A DNA stretch of 64,000 nt from IMG/VR virus record IMGVR_UViG_3300032334_002267, positions 9,310 to 73,309 of that record; one strand, given 5' to 3'. The position numbers and the translations under genes were made by a program. Within the stretch, counting starts at the first letter, position 1; each line of letters opens with the position of its first letter. This DNA comes from a virus (Duplodnaviria > Heunggongvirae > Uroviricota > Caudoviricetes). Positions 47,300 through 56,286 of the stretch are shown piece after piece. The notes below the pieces were generated by a model. That model did not search any database, was not told where the DNA came from, and worked only from the letters and a program-made list of their open reading frames with translations.

Positions 47300-47533
47300 A
47301 TGCCAAAATATAGACTATTAGAGATTACAGACAAGCTCGTTAACGGAGGTAAACCGTATTGGAGAATTGAAAAAAAGATTCTTGGACTCTGGTGGACAGA
47401 TTATTTCGAAGAGCACAGCCAATGGAGTGGGGGTGCAACATACTATGATAAAGAGGAAGCTATGAAATGGTATGAGTACCACTGTGATAAAAAATCTAGA
47501 TTCACCACAAAAATAATTGCTCAAAATGGATAA
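47300..47533 (+). CDS. Hypothetical protein
   Basis: 77-aa ORF; pattern similar to 46375 (YRL...W.IEKK.LGLWW). Confidence 0.65.
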   Translation: MPKYRLLEITDKLVNGGKPYWRIEKKILGLWWTDYFEEHSQWSGGATYYDKEEAMKWYEYHCDKKSRFTTKIIAQNG

Positions 47534-47855
47534 GCCAGAGTATATCACATGTTCAGCAATCTGGTATAAGGATCTACCGGACAGCACATTCAAACCGGTA
47601 AACATAGATAAAGGAATCGTAGTATGTGGGCACAGGCACAGTAATTGTATTGACACAGTGAAGTCACTATCAGGCTTAAGGTCAGTTAGATTTTCTCCTG
47701 ATGGTGTAGGAGAATCGATACAGGGATTTATGACGAGTATGAATAGATTTGTGGATAGACAAGAAGCTATGGCAATTGCAAAAACCACAGGTCAGGTGGA
47801 TGAAAGTAAATTATACAATCCTTTGACAGGATTATTCAGCGAAGATTTATATTAA
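47517..47855 (+). CDS. Conserved phage hypothetical protein
   Basis: CSAIWY, CGHRH, QGFMTS.NRFVDR.EA, LFSEDLY. Confidence 0.75.
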   Translation: MLKMDKPEYITCSAIWYKDLPDSTFKPVNIDKGIVVCGHRHSNCIDTVKSLSGLRSVRFSPDGVGESIQGFMTSMNRFVDRQEAMAIAKTTGQVDESKLYNPLTGLFSEDLY

Positions 47856-47870
47856 GTAAAAAAAATAGCA

Positions 47871-48596
47871 ATGGAATTTATAGGATTCAGAAAAGAAAAA
47901 TACGGTAAGCGTACAATTTACAAAAATAATTGGATGGAATTTTGTACAGGATGGCACAAGTTAAACTTTAGGATAGCACCAGCAAGTTACTTTGATAACA
48001 GAGCTCATGTTTCATTCTCCACTGGATGGGGACAATTTTACATCAACATTCCATTTATTAGAAGTAAATACGACGAGTGTGATCCACCAGAATACGGGTT
48101 TTATCTTTATTCAATCGATTCATGGTTTCCAACTTCACTTGTTTTTTGTTTGGGAAAGAAAACTAAATTTATCTACATGCCATGGGATCTAACATGGGTT
48201 AGAACATCATGTATGAGGATGGACGGTGAATGGGAACACGAGCTCTTATCAGAAAAACTAGGAAGGAGAAATAAAGAATTTTATGACAATAAAAAATGGG
48301 AAGGAATACTTTGGAGCTGGACTTATCCATATACTTATACACTAAAGAATGGAACTGTCCAGGAAAGAACTGCTACCCTTAGAGTGGAAGAAAGAGAGTG
48401 GAGACCTAGAGGGTTTAAATGGACCAGTCTATTCGCAAAGGTCAAGAGAACCATTGATATTACATTCAATGACGAAGTTGGGGAAAGATCAGGTAGCTGG
48501 AAAGGAGGCACCCTTGGATGTGGATACGACTTACTCCCAAATGAAACCCCGCTTGAGTGTCTAAGAAGAATGGAAAGAGAAAGAATATTTAATTAA
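47871..48596 (+). CDS. Hypothetical protein
   Basis: 241-aa Trp-rich ORF, EVGERSGSWKGG..GC. Confidence 0.75.
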   Translation: MEFIGFRKEKYGKRTIYKNNWMEFCTGWHKLNFRIAPASYFDNRAHVSFSTGWGQFYINIPFIRSKYDECDPPEYGFYLYSIDSWFPTSLVFCLGKKTKFIYMPWDLTWVRTSCMRMDGEWEHELLSEKLGRRNKEFYDNKKWEGILWSWTYPYTYTLKNGTVQERTATLRVEEREWRPRGFKWTSLFAKVKRTIDITFNDEVGERSGSWKGGTLGCGYDLLPNETPLECLRRMERERIFN

Positions 48597-48645
48597 GGGA
48601 GTATATTTTTTGGAATATATAAATAGGCTCAAATAAAATAACTAT

Positions 48646-48852
48646 ATGGAAAATTGCTATTCATATGTGTTCTGGTATAACGAATACGAAAAAATTTGGA
48701 CTGCTATACCCCGGGAGGGATATGTAGAATTCTTCAGCGGAAGAACAAAGAAGGAGAAAGTTCCAGGAATCTATAGGTCAAGCAGAATAGAAACTCTAAT
48801 AGAAATCCTAAGTAATCCGAAAGTTATTGAGGACCTCGATAACGATCAATAA
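48646..48852 (+). CDS. Small hypothetical protein
   Basis: YVFWYN.Y...W.AIPR. Confidence 0.65.
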   Translation: MENCYSYVFWYNEYEKIWTAIPREGYVEFFSGRTKKEKVPGIYRSSRIETLIEILSNPKVIEDLDNDQ

Positions 48853-48897
48853 ACGAAATCCCATGGAATTTTTCCGTTATTTTGCAATATTAAAATT

Positions 48898-49401
48898 ATG
48901 ATTATGAAAAAAATGAAAAAGTTTTTATTTATACTTTGTTTTTTAGCAGGTCTTCAGCCAGCTAAAGCTCAATTTGTTAATCTAAGCAAGATTGATAGTT
49001 TTGTTAACAGTTGGATTGGAGTTAAATATTTATACGGAGGAACCAAAAAGAGCGGTATAGATTGCTCTGCCTTTTCCAGAGAGATGATTAAATTTGTCTA
49101 TGGTGTTACACTACCCAGAACGGCTAAGAGTCAATATGCTGAAACTAAGAAGATTAAAACAGACAGTCTAAAAACAGGAGATCTCGTTTTCTTTAAAAGC
49201 AAGCAAAGTCCAAGCGGATGGCATGTTGGGGTTTACCTATACGACAATAAATTTGTCCATTCGGCAAATAGAATGGATGGTGTTATCGTGAGCGATCTAA
49301 AAGGAAGAAAAATATACGGGGCTGGAAGAGTACCGAAAGATTCAATTTATCCAGTTCCAAATACAGATTCACTTTTACGAAAACCTAAAAAATTGAATTA
49401 G
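48898..49401 (+). CDS. Exported NlpC/P60 (C40) peptidoglycan peptidase
   Basis: Signal peptide; YLYGG, GIDCSAF, LPRTA, GDLVFF, HVGVY, FVHS. Confidence 0.92.
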   Translation: MIMKKMKKFLFILCFLAGLQPAKAQFVNLSKIDSFVNSWIGVKYLYGGTKKSGIDCSAFSREMIKFVYGVTLPRTAKSQYAETKKIKTDSLKTGDLVFFKSKQSPSGWHVGVYLYDNKFVHSANRMDGVIVSDLKGRKIYGAGRVPKDSIYPVPNTDSLLRKPKKLN

Positions 49402-49405
49402 AAAA

Positions 49406-49621
49406 TTAATAAGTATTCCTATCGGGAAATAAAGGATCAGAATCTATATTCTGATCCTTTTTATTTTTAAGAAAGTTTAATGCTGCAGATCCTATATCTC
49501 CCATAAGACCCGAAGTGTCCTGTGGTCTTTTCATCTCCTTTACACTTTCTGGAGTTAGTCCAGGATTCATAGCTTCTAGTCTTTTAGCTATACTTTCTAA
49601 ATATTCTTTACTTGGTTGCAT
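49406..49621 (-). CDS. Small hypothetical protein
   Basis: 71-aa ORF convergent with NlpC. Confidence 0.5.
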   Translation of the reverse strand: MQPSKEYLESIAKRLEAMNPGLTPESVKEMKRPQDTSGLMGDIGSAALNFLKNKKDQNIDSDPLFPDRNTY

Positions 49622-49722
49622 GATATAATATATATGTTTATGGGTCTTGGTCTTATAGCTTCAGCTCACGCAATTTATAAAATATCAGGAAACAAAATAC
49701 CGCTGGAGGAATATAACTTTAT

Positions 49723-50100
49723 ATGCAGTACAAAAATTTTTCCAAGATTGTTCTCTCTATTAAAAAAGCATCAGAGAATTCTAGTAAAGCCCATAAGATC
49801 GGAATTGATCTTTTTGATTTTAATGACGATCTCCACTCCGCTATACAAATTCTACTAGAGGAGGTTTATGGCAAGGATGGTGCAGATTGGTTCTATTGGT
49901 TCTGTTACGAATCTGATTTTGGAGATAAAGACTGGAGCAGAGGTGATACTTATAAAAAGGAGAAAGATGGGACTATCCGAAAAATGGAGGAGAAAGAAAA
50001 AAGCAAATACGGGGCACACGATGAAAACGGGAATCCCATATGCAATTCAATTAAATCGACCTGGGAGTATCTTGAAAAAAATCACAGAGTGGTAAAATAA
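49723..50100 (+). CDS. Hypothetical protein
   Basis: 125-aa ORF, DWFYWF.YE.DFG. Confidence 0.7.
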   Translation: MQYKNFSKIVLSIKKASENSSKAHKIGIDLFDFNDDLHSAIQILLEEVYGKDGADWFYWFCYESDFGDKDWSRGDTYKKEKDGTIRKMEEKEKSKYGAHDENGNPICNSIKSTWEYLEKNHRVVK

Positions 50101-50128
50101 ATTTCTGAACATTAGATAAACATAGGAC

Positions 50129-50689
50129 ATGAAAGTTATTTTTTTAGATCATGATGGCGTTATTTGTCTCTCCAACAATTGGGGAAGTAGACACAAGAAG
50201 ATGAAAAAGTACAAGATGAAAAATCCCGATTGGGATCTTAATGCGAAAACGGTGGATGTGCATGTGCGTCTTGATAATTTTGACACCAAGGCTGTTGAGG
50301 TGCTAAATGAAATATTGGAAACCACTGGAGCTGAAATTGTTGTTTCTTCCGATTGGAAAATGCACGCAACTCTTGAGGAGTTATCAGAATTTTACAAAAA
50401 ACAGGGTATCATCAAACCCCCTATCGCATTTACACCTAGACTGGCTGAATTCGATGAAGAAACATCGTGGCTTTTCTCATGGAAAGGCTGGCTTGAAAGA
50501 GCAAGATGTCTAGAGATTAAAAAATGGCTAGAGGAAAATGCGGTTGAATCTTGGGTTGCAGTAGATGATCTCAACATGTCTAATGAATTCCTCCATCCTG
50601 GATTGGACAATTTTATCCTTACCCCCAGAAGTAATGAGGGGATCAAGCAATCAGGCATAAAGGAGAGGATAATTTCCAACTTAATTTAA
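50129..50689 (+). CDS. HAD-superfamily (Swiss-Army-Knife RNA-repair-like) phosphatase
   Basis: FLDHDGV, IVVSSDWK, R..EI..WL, WVAVDD. Confidence 0.85.
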   Translation: MKVIFLDHDGVICLSNNWGSRHKKMKKYKMKNPDWDLNAKTVDVHVRLDNFDTKAVEVLNEILETTGAEIVVSSDWKMHATLEELSEFYKKQGIIKPPIAFTPRLAEFDEETSWLFSWKGWLERARCLEIKKWLEENAVESWVAVDDLNMSNEFLHPGLDNFILTPRSNEGIKQSGIKERIISNLI

Positions 50690-50786
50690 GCGTTTTACAG
50701 CTATAAAATAATGCGAATAATTTCTTAACGTAGAACATCTCCCCCTGGGCCACGGATCCAGGATAAATAGGAAATACCAGAACAAA

Positions 50787-51482
50787 ATGCAAAAGATAGA
50801 GGCCTTATTTGTTAGCGATGTCCATTTAGGAAGTAAAGGGAGTAATGCAGAAGAACTTCTGTTATTATTCAAGAAATATGACCCTGAGGTTCTTTTTCTC
50901 GTTGGCGATATTATAGATGGCTGGCTGTTAAAGAGAAAATTTCGCTGGCCACAATCCCACACCAATGTAATCAGAAAAATTTTATCGTATTCTAAGAATG
51001 GAACAAGGGTAATATACATCCCAGGGAACCATGACGAGTTTCTTAGAGAGTATGGAGAATTCTCATTTGGTAACATAGAGGTTCATAACGAGTATGTCTG
51101 GAAAAACACATTCATTACACACGGGGATCTTTATGATGGTGTTGTTAAATTGAAATGGTTAGGTGTTTTAGGATCAGTTGGTTACGATCTGGCAATCTCA
51201 ATTGATAGAAAACTAAAAAAATTGGGAATGAAAAGATCATTATCTAAGTTCTTAAAACAAAAAGTAAAGGAAGCTGTTAAGTTCATTACTCAGTTTGAGA
51301 TCGAATTGACTAGACAAGCAAAGAAACATCATTGTCACACAGTAATTTGTGGTCATATACATCACCCAGAAGACAGAGATATAGACGGGATCAGATATTT
51401 AAACACCGGGGATTGGATAGAGAACAATAGTTATGTGATATACGAAAAGGGGGAATTCACTATTCACAAATATGAAGGATAG
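50787..51482 (+). CDS. LpxH-like (UDP-2,3-diacylglucosamine diphosphatase family) metallophosphoesterase
   Basis: SDVHLG, VGDIIDGW, PGNHD, THGD, CGHIH, NTGDW. Confidence 0.88.
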   Translation: MQKIEALFVSDVHLGSKGSNAEELLLLFKKYDPEVLFLVGDIIDGWLLKRKFRWPQSHTNVIRKILSYSKNGTRVIYIPGNHDEFLREYGEFSFGNIEVHNEYVWKNTFITHGDLYDGVVKLKWLGVLGSVGYDLAISIDRKLKKLGMKRSLSKFLKQKVKEAVKFITQFEIELTRQAKKHHCHTVICGHIHHPEDRDIDGIRYLNTGDWIENNSYVIYEKGEFTIHKYEG

Positions 51483-52170
51483 TTTAACGATAGTCATACC
51501 TTCAAAGAATGAGAGAGAAATTCTCTACGAGTGCTTATCTCACATAGAATCCCAAAATTCAGTACGAGGAACTAACGTTATTGTAGCGGACTGTTCGGAT
51601 GATGACGAATCTTTAGAGTGGATAAAAAAAGCAAAGAAAGATTTTTTTAAAATTAAGCTAAATTTCATACCAGGGGGTTACCCAGCAGAAGCCCGGCTAA
51701 AAGGATCAAAGCTTGTAAAAACCCCATACGTTCTATTTCTCGATTCGGATGTAATGTTAACAGATCAAAGAACTCTGGAGAAAGTTATCAACTCGGATTT
51801 TGATCTTCTAACACTTAGAATGAAAACTGATAAAGGGTGGAACTGGGTTTATAGGGGATTTGATTTTTTTCAATCTATAAGTAAGATGCTAGGAACCCCA
51901 TTTGCTATAGGTGGATTTCAACTCTGGAAAACCGACATATACTGGAAGTGTGGAGGTTATGATCCCATGGATCTTTTTGCAGAAGACTATGCTCTTTCCA
52001 AGAAAGTTTCACCTAAAAGATTTACAGTCATGAGTGGAATGAGAGTATGGACATCGGCTAGGAGGTTTAGAAACAAGGGGGTTCTCTGGATGTTCTCTAT
52101 TATGATCAGATCTTATTTCAACAGAAACAATCCTGAATTTTTCAGAAACCATCATGGATATTGGCAATAG
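51472..52170 (+). CDS. Family 2 glycosyltransferase
   Basis: IVIPSKNE, VAD.SDD, LFLDSD, FAED, TSARRF. Confidence 0.88.
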   Translation: MKDSLTIVIPSKNEREILYECLSHIESQNSVRGTNVIVADCSDDDESLEWIKKAKKDFFKIKLNFIPGGYPAEARLKGSKLVKTPYVLFLDSDVMLTDQRTLEKVINSDFDLLTLRMKTDKGWNWVYRGFDFFQSISKMLGTPFAIGGFQLWKTDIYWKCGGYDPMDLFAEDYALSKKVSPKRFTVMSGMRVWTSARRFRNKGVLWMFSIMIRSYFNRNNPEFFRNHHGYWQ

Positions 52171-52186
52171 GAGTAATCTTCTTATA

Positions 52187-52194
52187 GATATATA
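52187..52194 (+). promoter_or_regulatory. GATATATA box (putative late promoter)
   Basis: Intergenic, upstream of the leader-bearing ORF 52200. Confidence 0.6.
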
Positions 52195-52199
52195 ATATC

Positions 52200-53651
52200 A
52201 TGACAAACCGGATTCATAATTTTTCTGACTTTTCCCAAATTTTTGAAGGTGCGATTGGAGGATCTAATATTATTATAGGAGATTCGTTATGTCCTCTAAT
52301 ATCAAAACATGTAAAAGGAGCAGGTCTAGTCTCAAATACACCAGGGGAAGCATCTCTTTGGAAACCGGGGATGGGCGTTAAATGGTTAAAAAACGCAGTT
52401 TCATTATACCCGGTAAGTCCAGCAGTTAAAAATGTAATTATCTCTATAGGAACCAATGGCGGATTTAATCCAAGAGAGGATATCACAGGGTTAATCTCTT
52501 CCATAAAAACAAAATTCCAGGAGTCTAAAATTACGGTTATCCAGGGATCTTGGGGATGGGGAGGAAATAGGGGAGTCACCGAAGATAATGTTAGGAGATA
52601 CTATAGTCTTTTTTCAAATCTAGGGGTAACTGTCATAGAACCCCCAGTAGGATTCTCTGCAACCGACAGAGAGGCTCATAGCGATAGACCGGTTTTAGCA
52701 ACTATAGGAAATGCAATAGACCAAGCAATTCAGACTGAGAGATACACAAGTCCAACAAGAATGAGGATCTCTCCCGGGGTAAACCCGGAAGGTGTAGTTA
52801 CAGCGATTGGAATTATAGCTAGACCTGGTGATCCTTATAAATATAAGGTTGAAAATGATCACTGGTTAGCTAAGAAGGATGTCCAACCCAGATGGTACGA
52901 AATCACAGGTGCAGATTTTAAACCCCAATTTCAGCCTTCGATTGACACCTTAGACAGCGAGAACCCTTCTGCTAGAAGCAAGAACGCACCAAAGAGAAGC
53001 GGGACTTCTAACATAACACCAGATAAACCCGAGACAGGCTCAGAAGAGGAAGATTTGGAAGGAGGTATATTACCTTTAGAAGGTAAAGAAATATCTCCAG
53101 AAAAGAACGATCCAAAAATCTCTGAAGAATTTAACTTTCATCTTATACCAGATAAGACAGGAACAAATTACAGAAGTGCACAATTTCCAGAAGACATTAT
53201 GAAGAATGTTTATTCTAAGTATGGAATAAAAAATGTAATTAGGCTTAATGGAGATGGAAAGGACGGAAAGCACAAAGCTAAATATGAATCAGTTTCGATA
53301 GAAAGAGAAAGACAGATCGCCAAAGATCTTGGGATAAATTTCTATAAGCTTTCCGCAACTAAAGATCAAGACAAAGTTAATGAAATATTACTTAAGGGAA
53401 ACACTTTAATACATTGTGCTCACGGTGCAGATAGAACAGGTGGAAATGTTGGTGGATATTTTTACGATGAAAAAGTTAACCCTAATCGGATCACAACAGA
53501 ACAGATTTGGAAATACACAACACAATACAACGGATGGAATAATATGGCTTTAAGAAGGCCTAAGACTTTCACAAATGGATATTTACAACAAGCTCAAAAG
53601 TTTGGAGTGGAAGATCTAGAGCAAGCACAAGCTCTAGCTAGAAAAGATTAG
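52200..53651 (+). CDS. SGNH/GDSL-like domain fused to a Cys-dependent PTP/dual-specificity phosphatase domain, with capsid-targeting-like leader
   Basis: IIGDSL, SIGTNG; YRSAQ, IKNVIRL, HCAHGADRTG; GATATATA at 52187. Confidence 0.75.
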   Translation: MTNRIHNFSDFSQIFEGAIGGSNIIIGDSLCPLISKHVKGAGLVSNTPGEASLWKPGMGVKWLKNAVSLYPVSPAVKNVIISIGTNGGFNPREDITGLISSIKTKFQESKITVIQGSWGWGGNRGVTEDNVRRYYSLFSNLGVTVIEPPVGFSATDREAHSDRPVLATIGNAIDQAIQTERYTSPTRMRISPGVNPEGVVTAIGIIARPGDPYKYKVENDHWLAKKDVQPRWYEITGADFKPQFQPSIDTLDSENPSARSKNAPKRSGTSNITPDKPETGSEEEDLEGGILPLEGKEISPEKNDPKISEEFNFHLIPDKTGTNYRSAQFPEDIMKNVYSKYGIKNVIRLNGDGKDGKHKAKYESVSIERERQIAKDLGINFYKLSATKDQDKVNEILLKGNTLIHCAHGADRTGGNVGGYFYDEKVNPNRITTEQIWKYTTQYNGWNNMALRRPKTFTNGYLQQAQKFGVEDLEQAQALARKD

Positions 53652-53682
53652 AATTTTTAATTAAACAAAAAATAGAGTAAAA

Positions 53683-53964
53683 ATGAAAGTACAAGTATTA
53701 GATTTTTATGCAGATTGGTGTGGTCCCTGCAGAGCAATGATTCCAGCAATTGAAGCACTGATGACAGAGCATAACGTCGAAGGATCAAACGTTGAAATCA
53801 AAAAGATTAACGTTGACAGAGAACCTGAATTAACGGCAAAATACGAGATTAGGAGTATACCGGTTCTCGTGTTTTTAAAGGATGGAGAGGTTATTCAAAA
53901 ATCAGTGGGGGTTCAACCTAAAGATAAAATAGTAGCTAAAATAAACGAAGCTTTAGCAAGTTAA
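53683..53964 (+). CDS. trxA: Thioredoxin
   Basis: DFYADWCGPC, IRSIP. Confidence 0.95.
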   Translation: MKVQVLDFYADWCGPCRAMIPAIEALMTEHNVEGSNVEIKKINVDREPELTAKYEIRSIPVLVFLKDGEVIQKSVGVQPKDKIVAKINEALAS

Positions 53965-54512
53965 TTTTCTATTTCTTCTATATCAAGAATCTTTATTAAT
54001 GAAGGGTCAAAAACGGCTACGTTTTCTTGACCCTTTTCTATTGTTATTATAGAATCATATCCCATTGATCTAATCGAGTCTATGACAGGTTGACTTTCTA
54101 TTATCCTCCAAGATCCGTTTTCTATTCTCCATAAGAGATATTGAACTGACTGATCAGTATCTGGATCTTGTATAGATTCCCCATTTAGAACTATATACTT
54201 AGAGTAGAATTTTGCACCAGTCTGTTTATCTTCATATCTCTTTCCTATCAGATCTTTAAGAACAGGGATTAGTTTATCTCTTTCTAATTTATTAAAAGGG
54301 TCAAATGATTTTTTATTATAGAGCTCAACCGTGTATAAGTAGGTTTTATCGGTTCCTCTATCAGAAGCAAACTGCATAGCAAAAGGTTTACTTTCTGTAA
54401 AGTATATTGTGCCTGAATAGTTGCTTACGCCTCTATCGAAGGTGTCAAATTTCTTAGCACTTCCGTGATAATAAACTTTATTGAAATTCTCGAATAGTTT
54501 AATATATCTCAT
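53961..54512 (-). CDS. ADP-ribosyltransferase-fold protein (ART-PolyVal-like)
   Basis: YYHGS..KFDTF, IYFT....A..FA, YDSI, VAVFDPS.IKI; likely start MRYIKLFENF at 54512 (ORF track 54554). Confidence 0.7.
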   Translation of the reverse strand: MRYIKLFENFNKVYYHGSAKKFDTFDRGVSNYSGTIYFTESKPFAMQFASDRGTDKTYLYTVELYNKKSFDPFNKLERDKLIPVLKDLIGKRYEDKQTGAKFYSKYIVLNGESIQDPDTDQSVQYLLWRIENGSWRIIESQPVIDSIRSMGYDSIITIEKGQENVAVFDPSLIKILDIEEIEN

Positions 54513-54522
54513 ATGACAGGAA

Positions 54523-54924
54523 TTAACTGTATGCAATTTTTTTCTGGTCCACAACCACCATGTCTTTATTTCTATCTATGTAGATGTACTCGCAAGAAGA
54601 TAGACCAAATTCGTCAAGATGCTCTAGGACTTCTTCTGCAGAAAAACAGCTGCAAGAATAGATGTCAAATTGAAACAATGAAGGGGATTCTTTATCCCAG
54701 ACATGAATAGCTGCGTGAGAAGTAGCAAGGGTCACTGTTCCTGTTATCCCCTCGTTTCCTGGTTCATTAACATAAACCGATGTTGGTCCTGCAACCACTA
54801 CCATTCTAACTTTTTCTACTAGCCTTTTTAGCCAATCATTAAGAATCTCCTCTTTCTTTGGAGGGGTTTTCACATATCCTTTAACAATCAAATGGAGATG
54901 GTTAGGTACAAAGGGAGTTTTCAT
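54523..54924 (-). CDS. speD: S-adenosylmethionine decarboxylase-family proenzyme
   Basis: HLHLI, GITG...LATSHAAIHVW, FDIYSC. Confidence 0.85.
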   Translation of the reverse strand: MKTPFVPNHLHLIVKGYVKTPPKKEEILNDWLKRLVEKVRMVVVAGPTSVYVNEPGNEGITGTVTLATSHAAIHVWDKESPSLFQFDIYSCSCFSAEEVLEHLDEFGLSSCEYIYIDRNKDMVVVDQKKIAYS

Positions 54925-55127
54925 TTATTCTCTTTTAAATTTTTTGATTTATATATTTTTCTTTTCTAATTAATATATAAGATTAGAACCAGTTTTTATG
55001 ATTTTCTTTACTTTTAGATATCTTTTTCCTGCATCTTTTGCTGTATGATCGATCGACCCGGTCTTTAGAAGTATTAATATACCAAAGAATTAAAGGGCTC
55101 AATCTACTTTGGTCCTATTAATTTTTA

Positions 55128-56129
55128 TTAAAGACCAAATCTAGATTTCGTTGAATTCCAAATTGACGAAATTTGACCTGCGGTTAATGCAGTATTGTAT
55201 ATCCCAACCGTCGCTAAATACCCTTCCAGATACTCTCCTGCTTCACTGTTTCCCATTAACTGTATACTTCCGCCTGAGCTTACGCTAGCTGCCGTCTGAT
55301 TAGCGCTATCAATTAATACATTGTTAACGTACAACTTCAGTGTGGCCCCGTCATACGTTCCGACTATGTAAGACCAAGCATTTGCAGTTAACTGATAACT
55401 GGTAGTAGTAGTTCTCCATACTGCTCCACTATTAAATCCAGCTACGAATCCGTAGCCGCTATAAATATTGCCTAACAGATAGTTTACATTTGCAGAGGAG
55501 GCGTAAGATTCCCATATAACTGGAGTATTAAGACTCCCAACGGAGTAGTGCCAAACTGCAACTGTCCAATTGCTTAAGCTAGATAAACTTGGAGAACCTT
55601 CAGCAATGTTACTACCGTCGAAGTACAATTTACCTCCATCCGCTGAACTGTAAGCCGGCGTGACAGGAAAGTAGAACACCTTTCCTCCGATCGTGTCGGT
55701 CCAAGTAGTGCCTGATCCTGGATAGCTAGCGGGATTACCGGCGTCTAGATACAGGACTGGGGTCACTGCTGGTGTAGTAACGTAAGAAGTCCAATATCCA
55801 TTTGCGTTTAACCACGTTTTAGCACTTGAAGGGTCAGCGAAATTTTGTCCAAATAAATTGTTACAGAGGGTAAGAAAACTATTATCAGTTTTTGCTCCAG
55901 ATCTCCAAAAACCGATAGTAGGCGAAGGCACGTTTATCGTCCCCTGACCTGCAGTCCTTGCTCCTGATGTGTGACAGATAACATAGCCTAAATCTTCATC
56001 TGGTCCATTCCACCAGGTAAGTCCGCTCCCATAATTCTGAGACGCGTTTCCTGCTGCTATGAACCCAACCTGGGTTGTTCCTGTTACTCCAGTTCCCGAG
56101 TTGTATGCAAATGATCTAACTGTTGCCAA
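55128..56129 (-). CDS. LamG/concanavalin-A-like domain virion (tail/fibre) protein
   Basis: LYLDAGN..SYPGSGTTW.D, W.YIVGTYDG..LKLYVN, YNTALTA..I; Gly/Thr/Ser-rich; TTG start; GATATATA upstream. Confidence 0.82.
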   Translation of the reverse strand: MATVRSFAYNSGTGVTGTTQVGFIAAGNASQNYGSGLTWWNGPDEDLGYVICHTSGARTAGQGTINVPSPTIGFWRSGAKTDNSFLTLCNNLFGQNFADPSSAKTWLNANGYWTSYVTTPAVTPVLYLDAGNPASYPGSGTTWTDTIGGKVFYFPVTPAYSSADGGKLYFDGSNIAEGSPSLSSLSNWTVAVWHYSVGSLNTPVIWESYASSANVNYLLGNIYSGYGFVAGFNSGAVWRTTTTSYQLTANAWSYIVGTYDGATLKLYVNNVLIDSANQTAASVSSGGSIQLMGNSEAGEYLEGYLATVGIYNTALTAGQISSIWNSTKSRFGL

Positions 56130-56235
56130 TCTTTATTAATTATTTTGATTTATATATCCCGTGAGGGGATCCCACAAAAAGACACAGTAACCTAGATTAT
56201 AACGATCTACAAAACCTATAGTGTTAATGATTATC

Positions 56236-56271
56236 AAAAAGAAAGCCCAGAATAATCTGGGCTTTCTTTTT
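56236..56271. terminator. Intrinsic terminator (symmetrical, serves the minus-strand endolysin)
   Basis: AAAAAGAAAGCCCAG-ATAAT-CTGGGCTTTCTTTTT. Confidence 0.88.
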
Positions 56272-56286
56272 TCTATAGTATTTTAA

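Noticed and set aside
43827-55045. Other TACAGCA matches (43827 on +, 55039-55045 on -)
   Set aside because: Neither is flanked by a closing terminal stem; the first lies in coding sequence. Probably chance.
54925-55127. Small ORF or ncRNA in the 200-bp gap between speD and the LamG gene
   Set aside because: Only short minus-strand frames without a convincing start or motif, and no clear stable structure.
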